Shown here: positions 8,909-16,391 of the stretch, one piece after another | Layout of the letters: the number at the start of each line of letters is the position of its first letter | Position numbering within the stretch: the first letter of the stretch is position 1 | NCBI GenBank assembly: GCA_022704525.1 | Contig: JAKJGF010000001.1 | Coordinates: forward strand, 1-63,163 | Length of the DNA: 63,163 nt | Source: Bacillota bacterium | GTDB taxonomy: Bacteria; Vulcanimicrobiota; SpSt-956; JAKJGF01 | Direction of reading: 5' to 3' | Notes under the pieces: model-generated | Database searches by the model: none | Told to the model about the DNA's origin: nothing | The model's input: only the letters and a program-made list of their open reading frames with translations | Translations under genes and position numbers: made by a program

Positions 8909-10894
8909 ATGGCCGAAAAGATTCAAATTTCAATAAATGATAAAATAGTTAAAGTAAATAAAGATACATATCTGTTAGATGCTGTTAAAAAGGCAGGTTT
9001 TGGTATTCCCACATTATGTTACCATAAAGATCTGACTCCTGACGGTAATTGCCGTCTTTGTACCTGTGAAATAGAAATAAAAGGTCGCAGGAAATTTGTT
9101 ACAGCCTGTAATTATCCCATCAGGGATGAAATCAGGGTTTTTACTGATTCAAAAAGGGTTAAGGAACATAGAAAATTACTTATAGAAATGTACCTTGGCC
9201 GATGGCCAGAGGTTCCCATAATTCAGAAGATAGCAAAAAGACTGGGAGTAACAGAAAGCAGATTTAAGAGTTCCGTAACTGATGATAACCCTGCTGCCTG
9301 TATTCTCTGTGGTCGTTGTGTCAGAGCATGTAAAGAGTTTATGCTGGAGGAAATCCTCGGCTTTGCCGGACGTGGTATTAAACGTCATATGACTATGCCT
9401 TTTTACGAGGTTGACCCTCATTGTATTGGTTGTACCTCCTGTGCCTATGTATGTCCTACAGGAGCAATTAAGATAGTGGATGATTTAAATAATCCCTTTG
9501 ACCCTGTAATGATTAGAAACCACGGTATGAAGATAAATGCTGAAATGGCTACTCTTGATAAAATACAGAATCGTATGCGTGAGGTTGGAACGGCAAATAT
9601 AGTTGATGTAATGAATGCCTATGATTTATTACCTGTACATAATTACAAATTTGGAAGTCATCCTGAAACTTATAAGATTGACTCTAAAATGTTAAAGGCA
9701 AAATATTTTACCCAGGGCATGGCAGATGGATGTTGGAAAGGCTGTTCTATGGCCTGTGCCAAAACTGTGGATGGCTTTAGATTAAAGACAGGACCTTACA
9801 GAGGACAGTTAGTCTCTGTTGACGGTCCTGAATATGAGACTGCTGCAGGGGCTGCAAATATGGGTTGTTTTGATGGAGATTTTCTTGTAGAATTTAATTT
9901 TTACTGTGATACATACGGAATAGATACAATCTCTGCTGCTACAACAATAGCTTTCGTTATGGAAGCCTTTGAAGCCGGTATTATAACAGAAAAACATACA
10001 GGTGGATTAAAACTTAATTTTGGTGCACTTCGAGAAGTCCTTGAATTACTTCATCAGATGGCAGAGGGTAAAGGCTTTGGTGTGGATGTGGGACAGGGAA
10101 TAAGATGGCTTAGAAAGAAATGGGTTAAAGAATATGGTGCAGATGAAAAGTTTCTTTGTGATATAAGTACCGAATCAAAAGGTCTTGAAATATCCGAATA
10201 TATGACAAAGGAATCTCTTGCTCAGCAGGCAGGTTACGGTCTTGCCAATAAAGGGCCGCAGCATGATGAGGCATGGCTTATTTTTATGGATATGGTAAAT
10301 AATCAGCTCCCTACCTTTGAAGATAAGGCTGAAGCTCTTTATTATTTTCCTCTCTGGAGAACCTTGTTTGGCCTTATGGGACTCTGTAAGATCATATGGA
10401 ATGATATAGTTCCTGCAAATAACAAATTTGAAAAGGAAGCGGCTAAAATTCCTGAGCATGTAAATAACTACTTTAAATTTTTTGAAGGTATGACAGGGAA
10501 AGAATTAAATGAACAAAAGATGTTACTTCAGTCAGCTCGTGTATATAATCTGCAAAGAATAATGAATCTTATGCTTGGTTTTGGCACACGAGAGCATGAT
10601 ACAATGCCCTATCGTGCAAAGGGACCTGTTACAAAGGAAGAATATGTATCAAGAGCAGAGCGTTATGATAAACAGCTTAAAGAAATCCTGGGAGTTGATC
10701 CTGAAGGTAAATCTACAGAAGAGAAAATGGCAATTCTGCGCAAATATCGTGAAGAACAGTATGAAAAGGTAACAGATGCAGTATTTAAACGAAGAGGATG
10801 GACAAAAAACGGTGTCCCTACAATTGAAAGACTTAAAGAGCTTGGAATTGATCTTCCCGAATTGATTGAGATAATTAAGAATCATCAAGAATAG
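8909..10894 (+). CDS. fusion protein: NuoG-N-terminal-like [2Fe-2S]/[4Fe-4S] module + aldehyde:ferredoxin oxidoreductase catalytic domains 2-3
   Basis: RBS AAAGGAGG lies upstream. N-terminus: IPTLCYH...DGNCRLCTCEI (Fer2_4-type), CILCGRCVRAC, CIGCTSCAYVCPTGAI. From ~residue 215 there are AOR C-terminal motifs (CWKGCSMACAK, VDGPEYETAAGAANMGCFD, CDTYGIDTISAATTIAFVMEAFE, GYGLANKGPQHDEAW). Confidence 0.8.
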   Translation: MAEKIQISINDKIVKVNKDTYLLDAVKKAGFGIPTLCYHKDLTPDGNCRLCTCEIEIKGRRKFVTACNYPIRDEIRVFTDSKRVKEHRKLLIEMYLGRWPEVPIIQKIAKRLGVTESRFKSSVTDDNPAACILCGRCVRACKEFMLEEILGFAGRGIKRHMTMPFYEVDPHCIGCTSCAYVCPTGAIKIVDDLNNPFDPVMIRNHGMKINAEMATLDKIQNRMREVGTANIVDVMNAYDLLPVHNYKFGSHPETYKIDSKMLKAKYFTQGMADGCWKGCSMACAKTVDGFRLKTGPYRGQLVSVDGPEYETAAGAANMGCFDGDFLVEFNFYCDTYGIDTISAATTIAFVMEAFEAGIITEKHTGGLKLNFGALREVLELLHQMAEGKGFGVDVGQGIRWLRKKWVKEYGADEKFLCDISTESKGLEISEYMTKESLAQQAGYGLANKGPQHDEAWLIFMDMVNNQLPTFEDKAEALYYFPLWRTLFGLMGLCKIIWNDIVPANNKFEKEAAKIPEHVNNYFKFFEGMTGKELNEQKMLLQSARVYNLQRIMNLMLGFGTREHDTMPYRAKGPVTKEEYVSRAERYDKQLKEILGVDPEGKSTEEKMAILRKYREEQYEKVTDAVFKRRGWTKNGVPTIERLKELGIDLPELIEIIKNHQE

Positions 10895-10906
10895 AAAAAA
10901 ATTTGT

Positions 10907-10940
10907 AAGGGTAATGAGTCATACTCATTACCCTTTATTA
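10907..10940 (+). terminator. rho-independent terminator of the AOR/Nuo-like operon
   Basis: Perfect 13-bp stem AAGGGTAATGAGT / ACTCATTACCCTT with a 3-nt loop, followed by TATTATT. Confidence 0.75.
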
Positions 10941-11152
10941 TTCAGGTGGAAATCGGAGATATTTTTATTTAACCATATTCTATGGAATAAGGTCAGAATT
11001 TGCCGTTAATATGTCAATATCTTCCGTTATAAAATCTTTATCCAGTGAGTCATACAAAAACGGTTAGGTCTGGAAGGAAAAGAAATGAAATTTTTGCCGT
11101 AATTATACAGGTTCCTTCGGAATTCTGTACTGAAGGCCTCTTGAGTTTTTGT

Positions 11153-11240
11153 GGAATCAACTTAAAACTTCCTTTAAATACGCCATCTTTTTTTCCCGTA
11201 GCCTCAAGACTGTTTTTACTACGTTTGATTGGTATAAAAG
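11153..11240. repeat. family B repeat, partial (3' half) copy
   Basis: AATCAACTTAAAACTTCCTTTAAATACGCCATCTTTTTTTCCCGTAGCCTCAAGACTGTTTTTACTACGTTTGATTGGTATAA closely matches 5436-5535. Tracked ORF 11045-11266 lies on it and is probably not coding. Confidence 0.65.
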
Positions 11241-11403
11241 GTTTTACGGAATTTTTTGTTTCATAGAATTCACATATCTGTCTGTGATATAATAAATTAT
11301 AACAGATAAATTATGGATTGTAATATAGAAAAAAATAAAAAATAATATTATGAAAAAAGATCTATTAAAGAGATATATTAACACCGGAACAGGAAGGTGA
11401 ATT

Positions 11404-12003
11404 ATGAAGGACTTATTTTCCCGCAATGTACCGGGTACAACGGAAATACTTCAAAAATCCTGTATTGGAATTGCAGGTTGCGGAGGTCTTGGTTCCAATG
11501 CCGCCATAGCCCTTGTAAGATCCGGTGCCGGTAATCTGATTATCGTAGATTATGATATAGTGGAGGAGTCAAATCTTAACAGACAGCAGTTTTTTTACTC
11601 CGATACAGGCAAAAAGAAGGTAGAAGCCCTTTCTTTTTATCTTAAGGCCATTAATCCCCGGGTGAATGTTATTTCTCATGATTGTGAAATAACACCTCAG
11701 AATGTGGCAGCACTTTTTGGCTCTGCAGATTTATTAGTTGAAGCCTTTGACAGAGCAGAAAGAAAGAAATGGCTTATTGAGAGCTGGTCCAGGGCTTTTC
11801 CCAATAAACCCATCATATGCGGAAACGGTCTTTCTGGCGTCGGCCATATAGAAGATTTAAAGATAACAAAGATAGGAAATATTTATTTCTGCGGCGATGG
11901 GAAAACTGATATGTCTATGGGTCTCTGTGCTCCGAGAGTCGCTATTGTGGCAAATATGGAAGCCTGTATGGCTATTGAGGTGCTGGTAAATTCATATAAA
12001 TAA
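11404..12003 (+). CDS. thiF: ThiF/MoeB/HesA-family E1-like adenylyltransferase (short ThiF type)
   Basis: 199 aa. Rossmann/ATP motif IAGCGGLGSNAAIALVRSGAG, then VDYDIVEESNLNRQ. The size fits the short ThiF family, but assignment to thiamine versus molybdo/tungstopterin sulfur transfer is not decidable. Confidence 0.65.
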   Translation: MKDLFSRNVPGTTEILQKSCIGIAGCGGLGSNAAIALVRSGAGNLIIVDYDIVEESNLNRQQFFYSDTGKKKVEALSFYLKAINPRVNVISHDCEITPQNVAALFGSADLLVEAFDRAERKKWLIESWSRAFPNKPIICGNGLSGVGHIEDLKITKIGNIYFCGDGKTDMSMGLCAPRVAIVANMEACMAIEVLVNSYK

Positions 12004-12155
12004 GCAGAAGAATAATAGGGAATTCATTTTTTAAAAGAGAAACACCTATTATTGAATTACTTGTTGTTACAGAAAAAATCTGAGAGAAGGCTTGATAGGA
12101 AAGTACAGGGGTGTAAGCTTTATTCTATGAAGACAGATCTTCAGCGTTTAAAAGT

Positions 12156-12186
12156 AAAGGGTGAACTTTCAAAGTCCACCCTTTTT
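12156..12186. terminator. bidirectional stem-loop terminator between thiF-like gene and peroxiredoxin
   Basis: AAAGGGTG-(13 nt)-CACCCTTTTT. T-runs follow on both strands, and it sits ~25 nt past the peroxiredoxin stop. Confidence 0.55.
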
Positions 12187-12209
12187 CTCGAATACTTTTT
12201 GTATAAATT

Positions 12210-12806
12210 CTATTTTCCGTGTTTACCGAGATACTTTGCTACCCCTTCAAAATCAGGTTTCATAGCTTCTTCTCCCTCTTTCCAGTTTGCAGGACATACT
12301 TCTCCATGGGTATCTACAAACTGTAATGCATCAACCATACGAAGTGCTTCATCAATACTTCGTCCGAGAGGAAGATCGTTTATCAGGGCATGTCTTACTA
12401 TACCTTTGGTGTCAATGAGGAAAAGACCTCTTAAAGCAATGGATTCATTAAAGAGAACTCCATATTCTCTGGATATTTTTTTATCCAGATCTGAAATAAG
12501 AGGATATTGAATATTTCCTATACCTCCTTTATCAAGGGGGGTAGATTTCCACGCCAGATGGGTAAATTCGGAATCTACTGATATTCCCAGAACTTCACAG
12601 TTTCTCTTTTGAAATTCACATAATTTTTTGTCAAAAGCGATAATCTCTGTAGGACATACAAAGGTAAAATCCAGAGGATAAAAGAATAAAATAACATATT
12701 TTCCCCTGAATTTTGATAAATTGATCTCTCCGAAGGTATTATTTGGCATAACAGCCTTGGCCTTAAAATCCGGAGCTTCTTTAGTTACTAAACACATAGT
12801 CTTCAT
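12210..12806 (-). CDS. typical 2-Cys peroxiredoxin (AhpC/TSA family)
   Basis: 198 aa. Peroxidatic-Cys motif [10 protein letters not shown] and resolving-Cys motif GEVCPANW. Confidence 0.9.
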   Translation of the reverse strand: MKTMCLVTKEAPDFKAKAVMPNNTFGEINLSKFRGKYVILFFYPLDFTFVCPTEIIAFDKKLCEFQKRNCEVLGISVDSEFTHLAWKSTPLDKGGIGNIQYPLISDLDKKISREYGVLFNESIALRGLFLIDTKGIVRHALINDLPLGRSIDEALRMVDALQFVDTHGEVCPANWKEGEEAMKPDFEGVAKYLGKHGK

Positions 12807-12912
12807 CCTTTCATTAAAGCAAATTTTGTTAAAACGTATACTTATATTATATTTTTATAAATCATATGATATCCTTCTTTATAAATGTAAATAACTTTAG
12901 GAGGGTGTATAA

Positions 12913-13161
12913 TTATTCTTTTAAATGGCCTATAAAGCTATCTATGTATATGGTGGCTTCTTCCCACTGAGTTTTGCCATTATCTCTGATAATAATATTT
13001 TTAATCTTTTCCATTATGTCACTGGTAAATTCTGAAGTATCTTTGTAATTCGGATAGGAACTTAAAAATTTTCGTATAGCTTTGGTAATAAGTATTGACA
13101 TATTCATAGGTATATCGGAATTCCAATCATTTATTAAATCAACATACTCTTTTATAGTCAT
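12913..13161 (-). CDS. hypothetical protein (82 aa)
   Basis: Intact ORF only; no recognisable motif. Confidence 0.4.
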   Translation of the reverse strand: MTIKEYVDLINDWNSDIPMNMSILITKAIRKFLSSYPNYKDTSEFTSDIMEKIKNIIIRDNGKTQWEEATIYIDSFIGHLKE

Positions 13162-13260
13162 ACTTATTCACCTGTTTAATCAATATAAATCTTTCTAAAT
13201 CATTCTAATATAAAAACAAAAAAAATTCAAGTAAAGTTAATAAATTTATGAGTTCGATGA

Positions 13261-13539
13261 TTATTTGTAAATAAAGGAACCTGCAACAAATATAAGAGAC
13301 AGTAAGCCCAGAATAATACATAATATAGCCAGCCTGTGAAGAGAAGATTCATTTATAAGTCCTTTATAGAAATCTTTTCTGATTATAAACTTCGCTCCAA
13401 ATATAAACCATATTACAGGGATTAATGTGGCTCCTACAGGTGCATTTTTTATGATAAACTGTAGCCTGCTCAGACAGAAAATAAGTATTGATATAATAAT
13501 GAGATCAACTGTTAAGCTCTTTACAACTTTGTTTTTCAT
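13261..13539 (-). CDS. small membrane protein (92 aa, about three TM helices)
   Basis: Hydrophobic segments LTVDLIIISILIFCL, LIPVIWFIFGAKFII, LAILCIILGLLSLIFVAGSFI. Confidence 0.45.
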   Translation of the reverse strand: MKNKVVKSLTVDLIIISILIFCLSRLQFIIKNAPVGATLIPVIWFIFGAKFIIRKDFYKGLINESSLHRLAILCIILGLLSLIFVAGSFIYK

Positions 13540-13623
13540 AAGATAATTCCGGATTTTAAATAATTTTATTATATATTATAAGGGGAAAAGTTGTTATTAA
13601 GCAAGAGGTCAGGCATAAAAAAT

Positions 13624-13651
13624 AAAATAAAGCTCTCAGGAGCTTTATTTT
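13624..13651 (-). terminator. rho-independent terminator downstream of the tRNA-Asn gene
   Basis: 12-bp stem AAAATAAAGCTC / GAGCTTTATTTT with loop TCAG. On the minus strand it is followed by TTTTATTTTTT. Confidence 0.7.
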
Positions 13652-13692
13652 ATCAATAAAAAAATAAAACTTATGTTTTACTTTTCATATAA

Positions 13693-14051
13693 CTCCCCGA
13701 GCTGGACTCGAACCAGCAACCTAGCGGTTACGATCTGACTTCAGTTACCTGAAGAGTCGGACTTTTTCTTTACCCGCCTATCTGATGATAGGGTAGGGTA
13801 GCGGGTGTAAAGTCTCTGCACTTGCCCTCTACCATTTTTCTGATAGATGCTAGCTCAAGATTGTCCGGTAATCTCATAACCCGGATTTCCTTGAATTAGC
13901 CCGCTTTTCACTCTAACATTTCTATTAGAGGCTGCTAACTTGGCATGAATTTTTCTATGGCAATTTGCACATAAGATCTATCAGCTTTTGCCATAAAATT
14001 TCCTCATACCACCGGCACAGCCGCTTGCTCTGCCAATTGAGCTATCGAGGA
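13693..14051 (-). tRNA. tRNA-Asn(GUU), split by a group I intron (exon 1 14051-14017, exon 2 13730-13693)
   Basis: The joined exons give UCCUCGA UA GCUC AAUUGGCA GAGC A AGCGG CUGU|UAA CCGCU AGGUU GCUGG UUCGAGU CCAGC UCGGGGA G. This is a 73-nt cloverleaf with all stems paired (one G-U), discriminator G73 and anticodon loop CUGUUAA. CCA is not encoded. Confidence 0.85.
13731..14016 (-). ncRNA. group I intron (IC3-like tRNA-anticodon intron), 286 nt
   Basis: The 5' exon ends in U and the intron ends in G. An internal guide GCAGCC (plus-strand 13930-13935) pairs with exon GGCUGU, placing G-U at the splice site. The core strings GGUGCAGAGACU.., GCUACCCUA, GGGUAAAGAAAAAGUCC, UUCAAGGAAAUCC and AAUCUUGAGCUAGC resemble, from my memory, the cyanobacterial tRNA-Leu intron core. 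Confidence 0.8.
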
Positions 14052-14077
14052 ATTTATTACTTATTACAGCGGGGAAA

Positions 14078-14106
14078 ATTATAACACATAAAAAAGAAAA
14101 AGGCAA
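14078..14106 (-). promoter_or_regulatory. sigma-70-type promoter for tRNA-Asn
   Basis: Minus strand reads TTGCCT-17 nt-TGtTATAAT (extended -10). The -10 ends 26 nt upstream of the mature tRNA 5' end. Confidence 0.55.
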
Positions 14107-14263
14107 GATTATTTCAAAAATTTTTTTCTGTATCCTGTATATGAATAGTAACAGCGGGATAAGAAGGATTTAAAAGGTTATTGAAGAATATACATTGAGG
14201 AATTTAAAAATAAATATTTTTTTTGAGAATAAAATAAAAGTTAATATATTTTGGAGGAAGTTT

Positions 14264-14446
14264 ATGATAGATGATGAACTTTTAAAAATAATAGCCTGTC
14301 CCAAATGTAAAGGCGATCTGGAATATGTAAAAGGAGAAGAGGAATTTTTTGATTGTCATAAGTGTAAACTCCGTTATCCAATACGGAATGATATCCCTGT
14401 GATGCTTATAGATCAGGCTTTAATTTTAGAGGATAATACCAGATAA
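14264..14446 (+). CDS. Trm112/YcaR-family small zinc-ribbon protein
   Basis: GGAGG lies 8 nt upstream of the ATG at 14264 (the tracked ORF starts earlier, at 14195). Motifs: LLKIIACPKCKG.L...CHKCKLRYPIRNDIPVMLIDQA. Confidence 0.75.
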   Translation: MIDDELLKIIACPKCKGDLEYVKGEEEFFDCHKCKLRYPIRNDIPVMLIDQALILEDNTR

Positions 14447-14551
14447 ATCTGATTGAATGCTTTCTTGCAAATAGATATTAATTTTTGTAACTTTATATAT
14501 TATTATAATAGACTTTTTTGAAAAGTTTTATAGCTATGAGAAGGGAATTAT

Positions 14552-16021
14552 ATGTCTGTTAAATATAGTTTAAAAGAAGCAGCAGGACTTATAGAGTGCA
14601 AGATAGATAAACTCAAAGCAGCTATAAAAGAGAATAAGCTTAAGGCAGAAAAAGAGAAAATTACTGATAAACAATTTAAATATTTAATAACAGAAGAAGA
14701 ATTAATATCGTACGCGAAAAAGGCAGGTATTAAGTTGATTAATCCTGAGCTCAAAGAGATTTCTGATGCTTCAGATAAATCTAATGAGAAGAAGGGTGAA
14801 GTAAAAAAGCACGAAGAGAAGAAGGGTGAAGTAAAAAAGCACGAAGAGAAGAAGGGTGAAGTAAAAAAGCACGAAGAGAAGAAGGATGAAGTAAAAAAGC
14901 ATGAAGAGAAGAAGGATGAAGTAAAAAAGCACGAAGAGAAGAAGGATGAAGTAAAAAAGCACGGCGACAGCAAGCAGGAAGACAGGGAATATATAGATAA
15001 GAAAGTTGAAGAAAAGGAAGAAGATCTTCAGGAAAAATATCAGGATGCATTAAAAAAGCTCGTTTTAATAGAAGAAGAAATTCAAAGTTATAAAGAATTT
15101 AAACAAGTTAGTGAATATTTACAGAAAGAGCTGGAATTTGCTAATTACGATTTTAATGAGCAGGCAAAAGAATATGAAACTCTTCTAAGAGATTATGAAA
15201 AAATTGAATTAGAAAAGCATAAACAGGATCAAATTATTCTCGAAGCAGAACAGACTTTGCTTGATATGGTTGAACAGTATAAAGAACTGGCAGAGGATAC
15301 CTATAGTAGGGATAAGAAAATAACAGAACTAAGCCATATTATTGAAGATTATAAAAGTAGATTCGGGCAAATAGGTGGCGAAATAACAAATCTGGAACAA
15401 TATAAAATGTTAGAAGAGAATTATACTATAGTTCTGATGGAAAATGCTAAGCTTAAAAAAGAAATAAATGATCTGAAAGAATATATAAATTCTATGGAGA
15501 GTAAATTAAAAACTGAAGAGAGACTTTCTGTGGAAGACTTGAAAGAATATCAGGATATGAAGAAGAAATATCAGGAGACCCTGGAAGATTTAGAAATATA
15601 CGGAGAAATAACAAAAAGATATCGAGAATCTCAGGAAGAGTTAAAAAATTATAATAATATAAAGAAAAAATATGAAGAAACCCTGGAAGATATGAAATTA
15701 TATGAAGAAATCAAGAAAAAGTATGAGGAACTTCAGGAAGAATTGAAAGATTATAAGGATATAAAAGAAAAATATGACCTTCTCCAGAAAGATACAAAAG
15801 ATTATGAGGAAATAAAGAAAAAGTATGAAGATATTGTTCGGGAAAATGAAAAACTTCATGGTGAATTAAAAGAGAGAATTCGACAGATTGGTACAATTTC
15901 TAATATTCATAAAGAGATTGAAAAGCTTCAGCTTGAGTTGAAATCTGCAAAAGAATATATAGTTTCACTTGAAGAACAGTTAGGTACCTCAGAAAAATCA
16001 GTTCTATCCAAAGAATTTTAA
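14552..16021 (+). CDS. long coiled-coil protein with N-terminal HTH-like segment and tandem decapeptide repeats
   Basis: 489 aa and very K/E-rich. The N-terminal SLKEAAGLIECKIDKLKAAIKENKL resembles an excisionase/MerR-type HTH. It has six EKK(G/D)EVKKHE repeats and later repeated (D/E)YxxIKKKYEE(T)LEDL units. Confidence 0.6.
   Translation: MSVKYSLKEAAGLIECKIDKLKAAIKENKLKAEKEKITDKQFKYLITEEELISYAKKAGIKLINPELKEISDASDKSNEKKGEVKKHEEKKGEVKKHEEKKGEVKKHEEKKDEVKKHEEKKDEVKKHEEKKDEVKKHGDSKQEDREYIDKKVEEKEEDLQEKYQDALKKLVLIEEEIQSYKEFKQVSEYLQKELEFANYDFNEQAKEYETLLRDYEKIELEKHKQDQIILEAEQTLLDMVEQYKELAEDTYSRDKKITELSHIIEDYKSRFGQIGGEITNLEQYKMLEENYTIVLMENAKLKKEINDLKEYINSMESKLKTEERLSVEDLKEYQDMKKKYQETLEDLEIYGEITKRYRESQEELKNYNNIKKKYEETLEDMKLYEEIKKKYEELQEELKDYKDIKEKYDLLQKDTKDYEEIKKKYEDIVRENEKLHGELKERIRQIGTISNIHKEIEKLQLELKSAKEYIVSLEEQLGTSEKSVLSKEF
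14786..14965 (+). repeat. 6 x 30-bp in-frame tandem repeat
   Basis: GAGAAGAAGG(G/A)TGAAGTAAAAAAGCA(C/T)GAA: three GGT (Gly) units then three GAT (Asp) units, with no spacers. Confidence 0.9.
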
Positions 16022-16034
16022 AGATATTAAGAAA

Positions 16035-16391
16035 TCAGGAAATACTGTAACTACATCCACAGGTATTACTTTCCCATAGAGTTACAGATTTTATTTTAAA
16101 TGGTTTATTGGAGAAAATCTCCTGGAAGGTTATAAAAAAATATTTTGACAGGTTTTCTGCTGTTGGATTAAAGGGTAAAACTTTGTTCAGAAATTCGTGA
16201 TCAGGAAGGTTTTTTTTAATAATTTCTTTTACTTCTCCAAAATCTATAAGCATTCCTGCTTCATCAAGTTTTTCTCCTTCTATCTCTAGTTCTATATGCC
16301 AGGTATGGCCATGAATTTTAGCGCATTTACCAGGATAATTTTTTAAAAAGTGTGCACTATCAAAAGATTCTTTTATTATAAGTGTATACAT
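16035..16391 (-). CDS. queD: 6-carboxy-5,6,7,8-tetrahydropterin synthase
   Basis: 118 aa. FDSAHFL...C...HGHTWHIE motif of the PTPS/QueD family. Overlaps the mnmG stop by 16 nt. Confidence 0.8.
   Translation of the reverse strand: MYTLIIKESFDSAHFLKNYPGKCAKIHGHTWHIELEIEGEKLDEAGMLIDFGEVKEIIKKNLPDHEFLNKVLPFNPTAENLSKYFFITFQEIFSNKPFKIKSVTLWESNTCGCSYSIS

Noticed and set aside
11045-11266. Short tracked ORFs 11045-11266, 31589-31819, 31482-31731 (minus strand) and 53428-53619 (minus strand).
   Set aside because: All lie within the interspersed repeat families A, B or C. Their frames are not conserved between repeat copies.
12052-12510. 152-aa plus-strand ORF.
   Set aside because: It overlaps, antisense, the well-supported peroxiredoxin gene and spans a terminator hairpin. 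It has no RBS or motif.
14786-14965. CRISPR-like 30-bp periodic repeat.
   Set aside because: The repeats are contiguous without spacers, in frame, and inside a long ORF that encodes a decapeptide repeat.
14548-14973. 141-aa minus-strand ORF of FFTSSFFSSC repeats (and 14771-14962, 14781-15050).
   Set aside because: This is an antisense reading of the 30-bp coding repeat in the coiled-coil gene.
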